A stretch of DNA of 64,000 bases from Pristiophorus japonicus (lineage: Eukaryota): the NCBI RefSeq assembly GCF_044704955.1, contig NC_091997.1:85498001-85562000 (forward strand). Direction: 5' to 3'. Shown piece by piece: positions 26,135-40,158 of this stretch. The notes below the pieces were generated by a model that was given only the letters and a program-made list of their open reading frames with translations, had not been told where the DNA came from and made no database searches. How positions within the stretch are numbered: position 1 is the first letter of the stretch; every line of letters starts with the position of its first letter. The translations under genes were made by a program, and so were the position numbers.

Positions 26135-28589
26135 AAACATAAGAAACATAAGAAATATAAGAAATAGGAGCAGGAGTAGGCCACCTGGCCCCTTGAGCCT
26201 GCTCCGCCATTCAATAAGATCATGGCTGATCTGATCATGGACTCAGCTCCACTTCCCTGCCCACTCCCCATAACCCTTTATTCCATTATCGCTCAAAAAT
26301 TTGTCTATCTCCACCTTAAATATATTCAATGAACCAGACTCTACAGCACTCTGAGGCAGCGAATTCCACAGATTTACAACCCTCTGAGAGAAGAAATTCC
26401 TCCTCGTCTCTGATTTAAATGGGTGGCCCCTTATTCTGAGACGACGACCCCTAATTTTAGTTTCCCCTATGAGTGGAAATATCCTTTCTTCATCCACCTT
26501 GTCGAGCCCCTTCATTATCTTATATGTTTCGATAAGATCACCTCTCATTCTTCTGAACTCCAATGTGTATAGGCCAAACTTACTCAATCTATCTCCATAA
26601 GTCAACCCTCTCATCTCCAGAATCAACCGAGTGAACCTTCTCTGAACAGCCTCCAATGCAAGTATACCCTTCCTTAAATACAGAGACCAAAACTATACGT
26701 AGTACTCTAGGTGCAGCCTCACGAATACCCTGTACAGTTGTAGCAGGACTTATCTGCTTTTATACTCTATCCCCCTTGCAATAAAGGTCAACATTCCATT
26801 TGCCTTCCTGATTACTTGCTGTACTTGTATACTGACATTTTGTGTTTCATGCACAAGGACCCCAAGGCCCCTCTGTACTACAGCACTTTGCAATTTTTCT
26901 CCATTTAAATAATAATTTGCTTTTCTATTTTTTCTGCCAAAGTGGATAACCTCACATTTTCCCACATTATACTCCATCTGCCAAATTTTAGCCCACTCAC
27001 TTAGCCTGTCTATATCCTTTTGCAGATTTTTTGTGTCCTCTTCACAATTTGCTTTCCCACCCATCTTTGTATCATCAGCAAGCTTGACTACATTACACTC
27101 AGTTCCTTCATCCAAGTCATTAATATAGATTGTAAATAGTTGAGGCCCCAGCACAAATCCCACGGCACCCCACTAGTTACTGTTTGCCAACCGGAAAATG
27201 ACCCATTTATCCTGACTCGCTGTTTTCTATTAGTTAGCCAATCCTCTATCCATGCTAATATATTATCCCTAACCCCATGAACTTTTATCTTGTGCAGTAA
27301 TCTTATATGTGGCACCTTATCGAATGCCTTCTGGAAATCCAAATACACCACATCCACTGGTTCCCCCCTTATGAGAATATAAGAACGTAAGAAATAGGAG
27401 CAGGAGTAGGCCATATGGCCCCTCGAGCCTGCTCCGCCATTCAATAAGATCATGGACTCAGCTTTACTTCCCTGCCCGCTCCCCATAACCCCTTATTCCC
27501 TTATCGTTTAAGAAACTGTCTATTTCTGTCTTAAATTTCTTCAATGTCCTAGCTTCCACAGCTCTCTGAGGCAGCGAATTCCACAGATTTACAGCCCTCT
27601 GAGAGAAGAAATTTCTCCTCAACTCTGTTTTAAATGGGCGGCCCCTTATTCTAAGATTATGCCCCCTAGTTCTAGTCTCCCCCATCAGTGGAAACATCCT
27701 ATCTGCATCCACCTTGTCAAGCCCCCTCATAATCTTATACATTTCAATAAGATCACCTCTCATTCTTCTGAATTCCAATGAGTAGAGGACCAACCTACTC
27801 AACCTTTCCTCATGTCAACCCCCTCATCTCCCGAATCAACCTACTGAACCTTCTCTGAACTGCCTCCAAAGCAAGTACATCCTTTCGTAAATATGGAAAC
27901 CAAAACTGCACGCAGTATTCCAGGTGTGGCCTCACCAATACCCTGTATAGCTGTAGCAAGACTTCCCTGCTTTTATACTCCATCCCCTTTGCAATAAAGG
28001 CCAAGATTCCATTGGCTTTCCTGATCACTTGCTGTATGTGCATACTATCCTTTTGTGTTTCATGCACAAGTACCCCCAGGTCCTGCTGTACTGCAGCACT
28101 TTGCAATCTTTCTCCATTTAAATAATAACTTGCTCTTTGATTTTTTTTCTGCCAAAATGCATGACCTCACACTTTCCAACATTATACTCCATCTGCCAAA
28201 TTTTTGCCCACTCACTTAGCCTGTCTATGTAGTTTTGCAGATTTTTTGTATCCTCCACACACATTGCTTTTCCTCCCATCTTTGTATCGACAGCAAACTT
28301 GGCTACGTTACACTCAGCCCCTTCTTCCAAGTCGTTAATATAGATTGTAAATAGTTGGGGTCCCAGCACTGATCCATGCGGCACCCCACTAGTTACTGGT
28401 TGCCAACCAGAGAATGAACCATTTATCCTGACTCTCTGTTTTCTGTTAGTTAGCCAATCCTCTATCAATGCTAAAATATTACCCCCAACCCCGTGAACCT
28501 TTACCTTGTGCAGTAACCTTTTATGTGGCACCTTGTCAAATGCCTTCTGGAAGTCCAAATACACCACATCCACTGGTTCCCCCTTATCC
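26135..28589 (-). mobile_element. Two head-to-tail CR1 3' fragments (26135-27372 and 27373-28589)
   Basis: Each runs from [11 protein letters not shown] to a (CATAAGAA)n tail. Confidence 0.9.
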
Positions 28590-28926
28590 TGCTCTAAGGA
28601 AAACAACCCAAAACAACTTCTCTAGCCTCTCCATGTAACTCAAGTTCCTCATTTTAGGAAATCTCCCCTGCACCATGTCCAAAGCCGCTTCATACATTTA
28701 GTTCCAGTGTTATTAATGATGGTTCAGGGTTCATGAGGGAAGGGGTGGGGTACTGACACCATACAGCAGGGAGCTGGGTGGAGACTGGCCTTGTGCCCTG
28801 TGCTGCCTTTGTGCTGTTAAAACACGCTCGCTTTGTGGTCCAGATTGGATTAAAAGCTGCTTACAGCACCATCTGCTGGTGAATGTTTCCAACAAAGCAA
28901 AAGCAGCTAAAGGAGGGAACCGAGTA

Positions 28927-29677
28927 CAACAACAACAACAAACTTGTATTTTTATAGCGCCTTTAACGTAGTGAAACTTCCCAAGGCGCTTCACTGGAGT
29001 ATTATGAGATAAAAAAAATTGACACCGAGGCACAAATGGAGAAAATTAGGGCAGGTGACCAAAAGCTTGGTCAAAGAGGTAGGTTTTAAGGAGCATCTTA
29101 AAGGAGGAAAGAGAGGCGGAGAGGTTTAGGCAGGGAAATCCAGAACTTAGAGCCCAGGCAACAGAAGGCACAGTCACTAATGGTTGAGCGATTATAATCA
29201 AGGATGCTCAAGAGGGAAGGTTTAGAGGAGCGCAGATATTTCAAGGGGTTTGGAGCTGAAGGAGATTACAGAGTTAGGGAGGGGCGAGGCCATGGAGGGA
29301 TTTGAAAACAAGGAAGAGAATTTTGAAAGTGAGGCGTTGCTTAACCGGGAGCCAATGTAGGTCAGCGAGCACAGGGGGTGATGGGAGAACGGGACTTGGT
29401 GCGAGTTGGGACATGGGCTGCCAAGTTTTGAATGGCCTCAAGTTGACGTAGGGTAGATTGTGGGAGGCCAGCCAGGAGTGCGTTGGAGTAGTTAAGTCTG
29501 GAGGTTACAAAGATGAGGGTTTTAGCAACGGATGAGCTGAGGCAAGGGCGTAGACGGGTGATGCTACGGAGGTGGACAGAGGCAGTCTTAGTTATGCTGC
29601 GGATATGTGGTCGGAAGCTCATTTCAGGATCAAATATGAAACCAAGGTTGCGAACAGTGTAATTCAGCCTCAGACAG
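28927..29677 (-). mobile_element. L2 LINE 3' fragment
   Basis: FVTSRLNYSNALLAGLP motif; (CAA)n tail on the + strand. Confidence 0.8.
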
Positions 29678-31469
29678 CTAGGGGGAACAGAGCAAGAATA
29701 TGGAACTCACTCCCACAATGAATAATTGATAAAATAGCATAGATTCATTTAAGGGAAAGCTAGATAAACACATGGCGGTGGCCGTGGAAAGAGCTGAGAA
29801 GCATTTTCTGAGGAGTACAAATGTATTGTTTAAGACAGCGGAAGAATACGAGGGGATTCTACAGGAAACTTTGTCACCGCCCTGTACGCCACCATTTTGG
29901 AGTGGTAGGCAGTGCAGCCGTTGCACACGCTCACCTCTCCAATGCAAATGTGCAGATCGTGACGTCAATCGGCGCACAACTGCGATTTTGGACATCGTCA
30001 CAAGCCATAAAGCCCTTTCCTAATCATGCACAGAAGAACGTGTGTGCAACAGTTGTACAGAGAAGCTGTCAACGCTACTTAAAGGTACACACACATCTTT
30101 CAGGTAAATTTCGATTTGAGTTTTTGGACTGTTTTTTTATATTTTATTGGAATAGTGGCTTGATACAATACATTTAAAAAGCTGTTAAATTGTGCAGGGA
30201 CTGCAGGGAGTGAAGCCGGACGCTTTCAAGGCTTTGGATGTTAAAGCAAGGCCTCTGAGAACACCACTTGCTCCCAGTTCTGGACGCTCTAGTTGCAGTC
30301 CTCTTTGGGCTGCAACATCACATGGAGAGGAAGCAGAGGCAGCAAAGGGAACAAGCTGCTCGCAGAGGGAAGAGGAAGAAGAAGAGGAGGAAACAAAAAT
30401 GAGGCAATCCAGAGCCCCTTTCTGGCCATTTATCCATGATTGAATCATCTGCCTATGGTAGCAGGGACCAAAACCCCAATTCCCCTTTCACCATTTGTCC
30501 CACACCTTACCTTCTCTCTGTTATTGACCAAAGTTACACTTCTCTTTTTCCTATTGGCCACAATGCTGAAATAAAAGTCACCACAAAGCAAACTTTCCAA
30601 TTCAACTTTATTCAGGAGCTGGTGGCTGAGAATGTGAAATGAGCAAGTGCGATGTGAGGAGGGTAATGTATGAGAATACCAGCATCTTATATTCATTCAG
30701 CCCTGCCACTGGCTAAGGGCACAGATATGCCCTTGCCAAGAATGATCATCGCCATCTCCTCCAAGGGGGTGAGGTGAAGCTAGGAATGTGAGGTGTACCT
30801 TGTTTTTGGTAAACATTGCGATGCAGGCTCGAAGAGCCGAATGGCCTACTCCTGCACCTATTTTCTATGTTTCTATGACATTGCTGGTAGGTGAATGATG
30901 GGAGGTGGGGGTGTCATAGATTGAGCAATGTGAGAGGCTAGTGGTGCAGTTGGTAATATATGGCTTTTGGAGATGCATTTACTGACCTGGACCATTCGTC
31001 TGAGGTCATGAAACTTTTTAGGGCACTGGAGCTAGGCCCTGGGGGAAGAACTGCTGGCAGTGACTGCCTTGGCGATCTGGTCCCACAGCCTTCTTTCTGG
31101 AGGGCCTTTCCTGGTCCCCTTGGTTGGAGCATTTTTGCCATGTTATACGTGCCAAAGGCAGTTCAGCTTTAAAAGCTGAAGACTGCCTAGTTTGGAATGA
31201 TTGTTAATGTTTTTCTATAAGGCTATTGAGCTTTAAGGGCTAGAGGCTTTCTATTTTTAAATGATTTGTAATTTTTTGGTTCAGAAGGCAGTTCACCTTC
31301 AAGGGCTCGAGAATGCTTTCAAAAATTATAGCCTTGCTTTAGAAGAATGCAGCCACGCACTAGGGACGCTGCAGCGACAGGACATTGGGCCTCCTGATGA
31401 ACTAGGTTGTGCGCTGAAATCATTCAGAACAGCAGGTAACATGAAAATAACGTGTTGTCTGTGATTTTT

Positions 31470-32090
31470 AAATGATAAGGGGTTAATTATGATGAAGGAA
31501 GTTATGACAACCCTTTATAAGACATTGGTTCAGCCTCAACTGGGCTATTGTGTCCAATTCTGGCACCGCACTTTAAGAAGGATGTGAAGGCCTTAGAGAG
31601 GGTGCAGAAAAGATTTGCAAGAATGGTTCCAGGGGTGAGGGACTTCAGTTATGTGCATAGACTAGAGAAGCTGGGGTTGTTCTCCTTAGAGCATAGAAGG
31701 TTGGGAGGAGATTTGTTGGAGGCGTTCAAAATCATGAGGGGTTCAGACAGAGTAGATAGAGAGAAACGGTTCCCATTGGTGGAAGGATCGACAACCAGAG
31801 GACACAGATTTAAGGTGATTGGCGGAAGAACGAAAGGTGATACAAGAAAAAACTTTTTTATGCAACGAGTGGTTAGGATCTGGAATGCACTGTATAAAAG
31901 GGTGGTGGAGGCAGACTCAACTGTGGCTTTCAAAAGGGAATTAGATAAGTACCTGAAGGAACAATATTTGTAAGGCTATGGAGAAAGGGTGGGGGAGTGG
32001 GACTAGCTGAAGTGCTCTTGCAGAGAGCTGGCACGGGCCTTATGGGCCGTATGGTCTCCTTCTGTGCTTAACAATTCTGTGATTCTATGA
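31470..32090 (+). mobile_element. CR1 3' fragment
   Basis: ALERVQKRFARMVPG...FFMQRVVRIWNAL. Confidence 0.85.
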
Positions 32091-32490
32091 GAGCAAATCT
32101 CCCCCTGTGGTGCCACTGCAACGTTTTTGGGCCTTATTGAATTTCTTGGCCTCTAGCTGGTATTGCCCGCTGACGGTTTCAGTAAATAGAGCTTTCACTC
32201 CCATTCATTTATCGTACAGAATAAGTGCTTCATGTATGGTGAGAGGCTGAGGGTTATTTTAAGCTAACTCGCCGGGCCGGGGGTGGGAGGGGAGGGGAAA
32301 CTCCTTGGTGTAATGCCACATTTACACCCTGCCCAATATTACTCTACACTGACTTCAATGGAGGGTAAAATCGGGTGGGGTGTAAGATCAAGGTTGCACT
32401 CGATCCAGTTACTTTTCTGGTGGGTGGGTTAATGTAAAACCTCTCCCTATGTTTCAGTAAGTGTTTCACAATCTTTCCTGCACTGTGTGT

Positions 32491-32738
32491 TGTAAAGTCC
32501 TGTCCCCTCAGTACAGATTCACACGAGGCATGTAGTGAAGTCAAGGTCACTCTGGACCTGCACCTTTATTTCACAGCTCTGGAATGCTGCACTTGCCTGA
32601 GACCTGTCCTTATATACCTGTCTCTTGCAAGTGCACCCCTGGTGGTAAGGTATGCTGGTGGTTACAGGTCATATCTTATTACAGTCATGTATAGCATATT
32701 AGGATACAGTTATATATAATAATGTAAGATATATGACA
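32491..32738 (-). mobile_element. Solo LTR
   Basis: TG...CA ends, 5-bp TSD TGTGT/GGTGT, TATA and AATAAA on the - strand, layout similar to the Gypsy LTRs. Confidence 0.7.
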
Positions 32739-33010
32739 GGTGTTGTTCACTGTTCTAGTGGGCAGTGGAAAATGACACGACTGCCGAATGTGTTACTCAC
32801 TATCACTAAGGTGCACAGTGGCACGCTCATAGTGTACACATTAGAGCCTCGCACCTCCCCTGTCCCTTCTGAGGTTGGAGTGTTGTAGGAACAGCCCAAC
32901 CTCTATCTCCAGGCCCATTAATACAACGTCAGATCACACATTTCATCTCAGTTAGTCAAACAGGAAGATGCATTTCCCATGTACAGTTGCACTTCTCCTT
33001 TTCTCTACAG

Positions 33011-33131
33011 ATCAGAAAGTGATGGTGAAACAGCCACCCAGTTTTTGAAGAGCAGAAAACGAGCTAGGATTGTGAAATGGCCCTCAGTGCTTTGTTTGTG
33101 GGTATTTTCCTTCTGTTCCAACATGTTGCAG
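33011..33131 (+). CDS. IgSF receptor gene, 5'UTR + signal-peptide exon (ATG 33077; MALSALFVGIFLLFQHVA|G)
   Basis: Pyrimidine-rich acceptor ttctctacAG at 33009-10. In-frame upstream stop and gaaATGG Kozak context. Hydrophobic 18-aa leader. Phase-1 donor G|GTAAGG matches the phase-1 exon at 52408. Linkage across the 19-kb intron is inferred. Confidence 0.75.
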
Positions 33132-33221
33132 GTAAGGATCCATACTTGCAACTAATCTTCAACATGTTTCTTATCTGGAAATATCAGTTTCTATCTGTAC
33201 CTCAACAGAGAAGTATAAGAA

Positions 33222-36200
33222 TTTTTTATGTATTCGTTCCTGGGATGTGGGCGTCACTGGTAAGGCCGGCATTTATTGCCCATCCCTAATTGCCCTTGAG
33301 AAGGTGGTGGTGAGCCATCTTTTGAACCGCTGCAGTCCGTGTGGTGAAGGTACTCCCACACTGCTATTAGGGAAGGAGTTCCAGGATTTTGACCCAGCGA
33401 TGATGAAGGAACGGCGATATATTTCCAAGTCAGGCTGGTGTTTAACTTGGAGGAGAATTTGTAGTGATGGTGTTTCCATGCGCCTGCTACCCTTGTCCTT
33501 TTAGGTGGGTAAAGGTCGCGGGTTTGGGAGGTGCTGTCGATGAAGCCATGGCGAGTTGCTGTAGTGCATCTTGTCGATGGTACACACTGCAGCCACGGTG
33601 CGCCACTGGTGGAGGAAATGAATGTTTAAGGTGGTAGATGGGGTGTCGATCTAGCTGGCTGCTTTGTCCTGGATGGTGTCAAGCTTCTTGAGTGTTGTTG
33701 CAGCTGCACTCATCCAGGCAAGTGGAGAGTATTCCATCACATTCCTGACTTGTGCCTTGTAGATGGTGAAAAGGCTTTGGGGAGTCAGGAGATGGGACAC
33801 TCGCTGCAGAATACCCAGCCTCTGACCCGTTCTTGCAGCCACAGTATTTATATGGCTCGTCCAGTTCAGTTTCTGTTGAATGGTGACCCCCTGGATGTTA
33901 CTGGTGGGGGAATCGGTGATGATAATGTCGTTGACTGTCAAGGGGCAATGATTGACTCTCTGTTGTTGGAGATAGTCATTACCTGGCACTTGTGTGACGC
34001 GAACCTTATTTGCCACTTACCAGCCCAACCCTGAATGTTATCCAGGTCTTGCTGCATGCAGGCATGGACTCTTTCATTATCTGGGGAGTTGCGAATGGAA
34101 CTGAACACTGTGTAATCATCTGTGAACATCCTTACTTCTGACCTTATGATGGAGGGAAGGTCACTGATGAAGCAGCTGAAGCTCGTTTGGACTAAGACAC
34201 TGTCCTGAGAAACTCCTACAGCTATGTCCTGGGGCTGAGGTGATTGGTCTCCAACATCCACAGCTATCTTCCTTTGTACTAGGTATGGCTCCAGCCAGTG
34301 GAGAGTTTTCCCTCTGATTCCCATTGACTTCAATTTTACTAGGGCTCCTTGATGTCACATTCGGTCAAATGTTGCCTTGATGTCAAGGGCAGTTATTCTC
34401 ACAACACCTCTGGAAATCAGCTCTTTTGTCCATGTTTAGACCAAGGTTGTAATGAGGCCTGGAGTTGAGTAGTCCTGGTGGAACCAAAACTGAGCATTGG
34501 TGAGCAGGTTGTTAGTGAGTATGTGCTGCTTGGTGTCAATGACACCTTCCGTCACTTTGCTGATGATTAAGAGTATACTGATGGGGTGTTAATTGGTCGG
34601 ATTGGATTTGCCCTGCTTTTTGTGGACAGGACATACCTGTTTAGTTTTCCACATTGTCGGGTAGATGTCATTGTTGTCTCTCTCTCAGGCAGTCCCTCAG
34701 AGTCGAGAATTGCTTCCACACTAATATGAGTTCTCAGATGACTGATGAGTCTAATGTGGGACCTACAGTCTCTGTCACAGGTGGGGCAGAAGGTGGTTGA
34801 AGGGACCGGTGGGTGGGATGCTTGGGTTGTCGTGCTCCTTTCTCTGTTTGCACTTGAATTCCACGTGCTCCCGGCGAAGAGACTCGAGGTGTTCGGTGCC
34901 TTCCCGGATACTACTCCTCCACTTTGAGCGGTCTTGGGTCAGGGATTCCCAGGTGTTGGTGGGGATGTTGCACTTTTTCAAGGAGGCTTTGAGGGTGTCC
35001 TTGTAACGTTTCCTCTGCCCACCTGGGACTCATGTGCCATGTTGGAGCTCCGAGTAGAGCACTTGTTTTGAGAGTCTAATATCGGGCAAGCGGACGATGT
35101 GGCCTGTCCATCAGAGCTGATCGAGCATGGTCAATGCTTCGATGCTGGGGATGTTGACCTGAGCAAGAACACTGACATTGGTGTGCCTATCCTACCAATG
35201 GATTTTCAGGATCTTGCAGAGGCAGCACTTGTGGTACTTCTCCAGTGCTTTGAGGTGCCTGCTGTACATGGTCCATATCTCTGAAGCATATAGAAGGGCG
35301 GGTAGCACTACTGCTCTGTAGACCATGAATTTGGTGCTGGGTTTGAGGTCCTGGTCTTCAAACACTCTCTTCCTCAGGCGACCGAAGGCTGCACTAGCAC
35401 ACTGAAGGCGTTGGACTTCGTCATCGACATCTGCCCTTGTTGACAGTATTGTAGTTGTACTGGGACAGCTTGGCTAGAGGCGCAGCTAGTTCTTGAGCGC
35501 ATGTCTTCAGCACAACAGCCGGGATGTTGTCAGGTCCCAAAGCCTTTGCTGTATCCAGTGTGCTTAGCCATTTCTTGATATCATGTGGAGTGAATCGATT
35601 TGGCTGAAGACTGGCTTCTGTGATGGTGGGGACCTCTGGAGGAGCCCGATATGGATCATGCACTCAGCATTTCTGGCTGAAGATGGTTGCAAACTCTTCT
35701 GCCTTGTCTTTTGCACTCGCATGCTGGGCTCCACCATCATTGGGGATGGGGATATTCATGAAGCCTCCTCCGCCTGTTATTTTTTAAATTTTCCACCACC
35801 ATTCATGACTGGATATTGCAGGACTGGAGAGCTTTGATCTGATCCGTTGATTGTGGGATCGCTTAGCTCTGTTTATAGCATGCTGCTTTCACTATGTTGC
35901 AGCTTCCCCAGATTGGCATCTCATTTTTAGGTACGCCTGGTGCTGCTCCTGGCAAGCTCTTGTGCACTCCTCATTGAACCAGGGTTGGTCCCCTGGCTTG
36001 ATGATAATGGTAGAGTGAGGGATATACTGAGCCATGAGGTTACAGATTGTGGTGGAATACGATTCTGCTGCTGCTGATAGCTTACAGTGCCTCATGGATA
36101 CCCAGTTTTGAGCTGCTAGATCTGCTCTGAATCTATTCCATTTAACACGGTGGTAGTGTCTCACAACGCGGTAGAGGATATCTTCTGTGTGAAGATCAGT

Positions 36201-37070
36201 CCTTGTCTCCACAAGGACTGTGTGATGGTCGCTGCTGCCAATGCTGTCGTGGACAGATGCATCTGCGACAGGTAAATTGATGAGGATGAGGTCAAGTAGG
36301 TTTTTCCCTTGTGTTGGTTCTCTCACCACCTGCCACAGGCCCAGTCTGGCAGCTATGTCCTTCAGAACTCAGCCAGCTCGTAGTGTTGCTACCAAGCCAC
36401 TCTTGGTGATGGACATTGAAGTCCCCCACCCAGAGTACATTCTGTGCCCTTGCTACCCTCAGTGCTTCTTCCAAGTGGTGTTCAACATGGAGGAGTACTG
36501 ATTCATCAGCTGACAGAGGGCAGTAGGTGGTAATCTGCAGGAGGTTTCATTGATCATGTTTGACCTGAAGCCATGAGACTTCATGGAGTCAATATTGAGG
36601 ACTCCCAGGGCCACTCCCTCCCGACTGTATACCACTGTGTTGCCACCTCTGGTGGGTCTGTCCTGCAGGTGGGACAGGAAATACCCAGGGGTGGTGATGG
36701 AGGAATCTGGGATATTGCCTGAAAGGTATGATTCTGTGAGTATAACTATATCAGACTGTTGCTTGACTAGTCTGTGGGACAGCTCTCCCAATTTTGGCAT
36801 GTTCCCAGATGTTTGCGAGGAGGACTTTGCAGGGTTGACTGGGCTGGGTGTGCCGTTGTCGTGTCCGTAGCCGGTGCTGAGGTCGATGCTGGACCTCAGT
36901 CTGTCCGTGTTTATTTTTCTGATTGTTTTCTTTCGTGGTTTGGTACAACTGAGTGGCTTGCTGGGCCATTTCAGAGGGCAGTTAAGAGTCAACCACATTG
37001 CTGTGGTCTGGAGTCAGGTATAAGTTAGACCAGGTAGGAAGGCAGATTTCCTTCCCTAAAGGACATTAGG
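33222..37070 (-). mobile_element. Degenerate CR1-group LINE (distinct family) interrupted by RTE
   Basis: DIVILTESYL, VGDFNVHH, REPTQGKNLLDL, GPDNIP, FTDD and YKAQVRNVMEYS motifs. Confidence 0.8.
34676..35445 (-). mobile_element. RTE-clade LINE fragment
   Basis: Reverse complement homologous to about 25310-26070. Confidence 0.8.
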
Positions 37071-38956
37071 AAGATATAAATCAATGCTATTATTGTGTGG
37101 ATGTTTTATGTGCTTGCATCATAGTCCTTGCTGGGTCATTTTAACACGGTTTAATCATGAGCGGTCAGTTTATAATTGGCACTGGGAGAGTGAGGAGAAA
37201 GGTAAGGAGAAAATTCTTTACCAAGAGGGTTGTTTTGCCACAGGCAGTGGTTGACGCAGAGACATTTTCATCTTTTGAAGGAAAACTGGAAAACATTTGA
37301 AGCAGAGGAAGATTTGGGGCTGTGGGGAGAGCGAGGCAATGGATTTGCTCTGGCAAAGAGCCAGCACTGGCACGATGGGCCCAATTGCCTCCTTCTGTGC
37401 TGCAAACGTCTTTGGTTCAACTCCTGTCTTAAAACAGTGCAGGGATGAAGTACGAGAACAGTGCTGATCCTAATTTCCCTTACTGCAGGATCATATCTCA
37501 CTCTAACAATGAAATAGTGGAAGATTTAGAAGAGTTAGAAGGATTTGCTGATGGGCTTTAATGGAGAGAGGGGGTGGGAAGTCCGTGCAGAGCATAAATG
37601 CGGCATGGAGCAGTTGGGCTGAATGGCCTATTTCTGTGCCGTACATTCCATGTAATTCTGTGTAAGATTTTATGCTCAGGCTCGATCATTGGGAACTCGA
37701 AAGTAACAATTATATTTGATGACTCAGCCAAGCCTCACACCATTAAAGGCTGGAGACCACATTGGGCAGGGCCCACGACACCACTCGGACCAGGGCTCGA
37801 AATCAGCACCACTGGCAAAATGGAGCAGCTCAGAGCTTTCTGTACATTACAGACCGTCCATTCCGCGATTGTTCTGTTAGGAAATGGAAACCGACACTGT
37901 GTAAAGGGGGATTTGTAACCATACTCTGCAATTTGTTTTTAAACAGACTCTGTGTAATATGGGCGGTCTGCCGACAGATTCTGTTCCTCAAATGATAAGT
38001 GACGTCTGCCCCTAACCTCAGTCCAAACACGGCTGATGTCTGAGTTACAACCGAGTCTGACTGGGAGATGTGGTTTGGTGTTTATTCGAGCTCTGGCGTA
38101 ATAGTGATCTATAGTACAGACACACCTGGGTCAGTGGGGCCAAGTTTCAGTTGAGTTTCTCCTGTTTTTTTTTTTAGAGCAACTGGTTTAGAATGGAGTA
38201 TCTTAGAAATTTGAATTCTCGGCATTTAGTTTGCTCCAGTTCTAGTCAGTTAGAACAGTTTTAATTTGGAACAGAATTTTTTTTTCAAAAGGGGGTGTGT
38301 CTGGCCACTTATGCCTGTTTTCAAAGTTTAGGCAGTGAAAACTTACTACAAACTAACTGAGAATGGAGTAAGTGAAGATTTTTGTACGTTCGAAAAAACC
38401 TTGTCTACATTTTAGAAAATCAGGCGTAGGTTACAAATTAGGCGTCGGGAACGGCGGGGGGTGGGGGAGGGGTGGAGAGGGGGGGGAAGAGAAGTCATTA
38501 AATTCTACAATCAATCCTTAGTTATACTTATACAAATATTATATAAATAAATTCAACCTGAATAAAAATTTATAAGCAAAGAAAAGATTAAATAATCCAT
38601 GTTCCGACCTGTGTGAAACAGCAGCAACCTTCAGGCAGGCCTTTCATGTTGGAGACAGGCAGGGGTGGTGTCAGTGTCTCGACGGCAGCCCCCACAGCAG
38701 CAACAAGCAGCCTTCGAGCTGAGCCGTGGTGCTTCAGGCAGGCCTTCATTCCGTTAGTGGCTGGCCGGCAGCCGAGGAAGCAACACGCACGCAGCTTTCG
38801 AAGGGGGTTGAGGCCATTCGGCCACGCGATAGGGGCGGCGTCAGTGGCTCGACGGCAGCCGAAGATACAGCAGCAGCTTTCGAGCTGTGAGGGGACTGAG
38901 GCCATTTGGCCAGGGAGAGGCAGCCACATAGACAGTTTTATACTTAAATTTGCATA

Positions 38957-40158
38957 ATGGGTGCTGCATTGTCAACACCACGTATTATGCAATGGTTCGC
39001 CATCAATTCACTGCATAGGAGAGAATTCATTAGAGCTCACTGCACCAGGAATGTCGTAGCCCGTAGGCTGATGGGCAGGAGACCTTACCCACGTCGACAA
39101 TATCGAGCCAGGCGCTCGTACCTGGACATGAGCGAGGCTGAGTGTGTGAAAAGGCTGCGTTCACTGAGATCTGTGATATGGTGAGAGCAGATTTGCAGTC
39201 CAAAAGCAGAATGCCAACTGCCCTGTCTGTTGCAGCGAAGGTAACAGCTGCACTTTCTTTCTATGCCTCGGGATCGTTTCAGGCTACAACTGGAGATGTG
39301 TGTGCCATCTCTCAATGTGCAATACATGCCTGCATTTACCAGGTCACAGCTGCACTGTATGTGCGAAGGAATGACTTCATCAATTTCCCAATGACCGCAC
39401 AAGCGATCCATGAGAGGACTGCGGGCTTCTTCAGGATTGCCGGCTTCCCAAAGGTACAGGGCTGCATTGATTGTACCCACATAGCCTTGTGAGCACCTGT
39501 GGAGGATCCTGAGCAGTACCGAAATAGGAAAGGTTTCCACTCCATCGATGTGCAGCTCGTGTGTGACGACAAGCAGCGCATCATGTCAGTCGATGCGAGA
39601 TTCCCTGGCAGCACCCACGATGCATTCATCCTACGCGACAGCGTTCTATCTGACATGTTTGAGCAGCAGCCAGAAGGGCAGAGCTGGCTACTGGGAGACA
39701 AAGGGTACGGCCTGACCACCTGGCTCATGACACCCCTACACGTGACACGGACAGAAGCTGACCGTCAATACAACATGGCGCACATTGCGACGCGCAGCAT
39801 CATTGAGAGGACCATTGGCATATTGAAACAGCGTTTCCGATGCCTGGACCATTCCGGAGGACAGTTGCTATACTCTCCTCAGATTGTCGGTCACTTCACT
39901 GTTGTGTGCTGCATGCTTCATAACTTAGCCATCATGAAGCATCAGGAGCTGGTAATGGAACCAGAAGACCTACGTGAGGGTCCAGTGCGTGATGATTGTC
40001 TTACGGAAGAGCAGGATGTGGATGATAACGACGATCAGGAAAGCATGCAAGTGCCTGATGCCAGAGCACGAGGTCGGAGGAGGTCCGTCCATCGTGCCCC
40101 TTTAACGATTGCTCGAGCCTTGCGCCAGCAACTCATCCGTGAACGCTTTAACTACTGA
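38957..40158 (+). pseudogene. Harbinger (HARBI1-like) DDE transposase; frameshift near 39162 and TGA at 39490
   Basis: GCIDCTHI, NRKGFHS, PGSTHDAFIL, LGDKGYG and IERTIGILKQRFRCL motifs. Confidence 0.93.

Noticed and set aside
29770-32150. Possible host exons (acidic EEEEEE ORF at 30192-30443)
   Set aside because: No coherent splice or phase chain. It looks like a decayed DNA-transposon interior, but the boundaries could not be supported.
38957-40158. Domesticated HARBI1 host gene
   Set aside because: It is bounded by TIRs and a TSD, paired with a Myb gene and disrupted, so it is a transposon copy.
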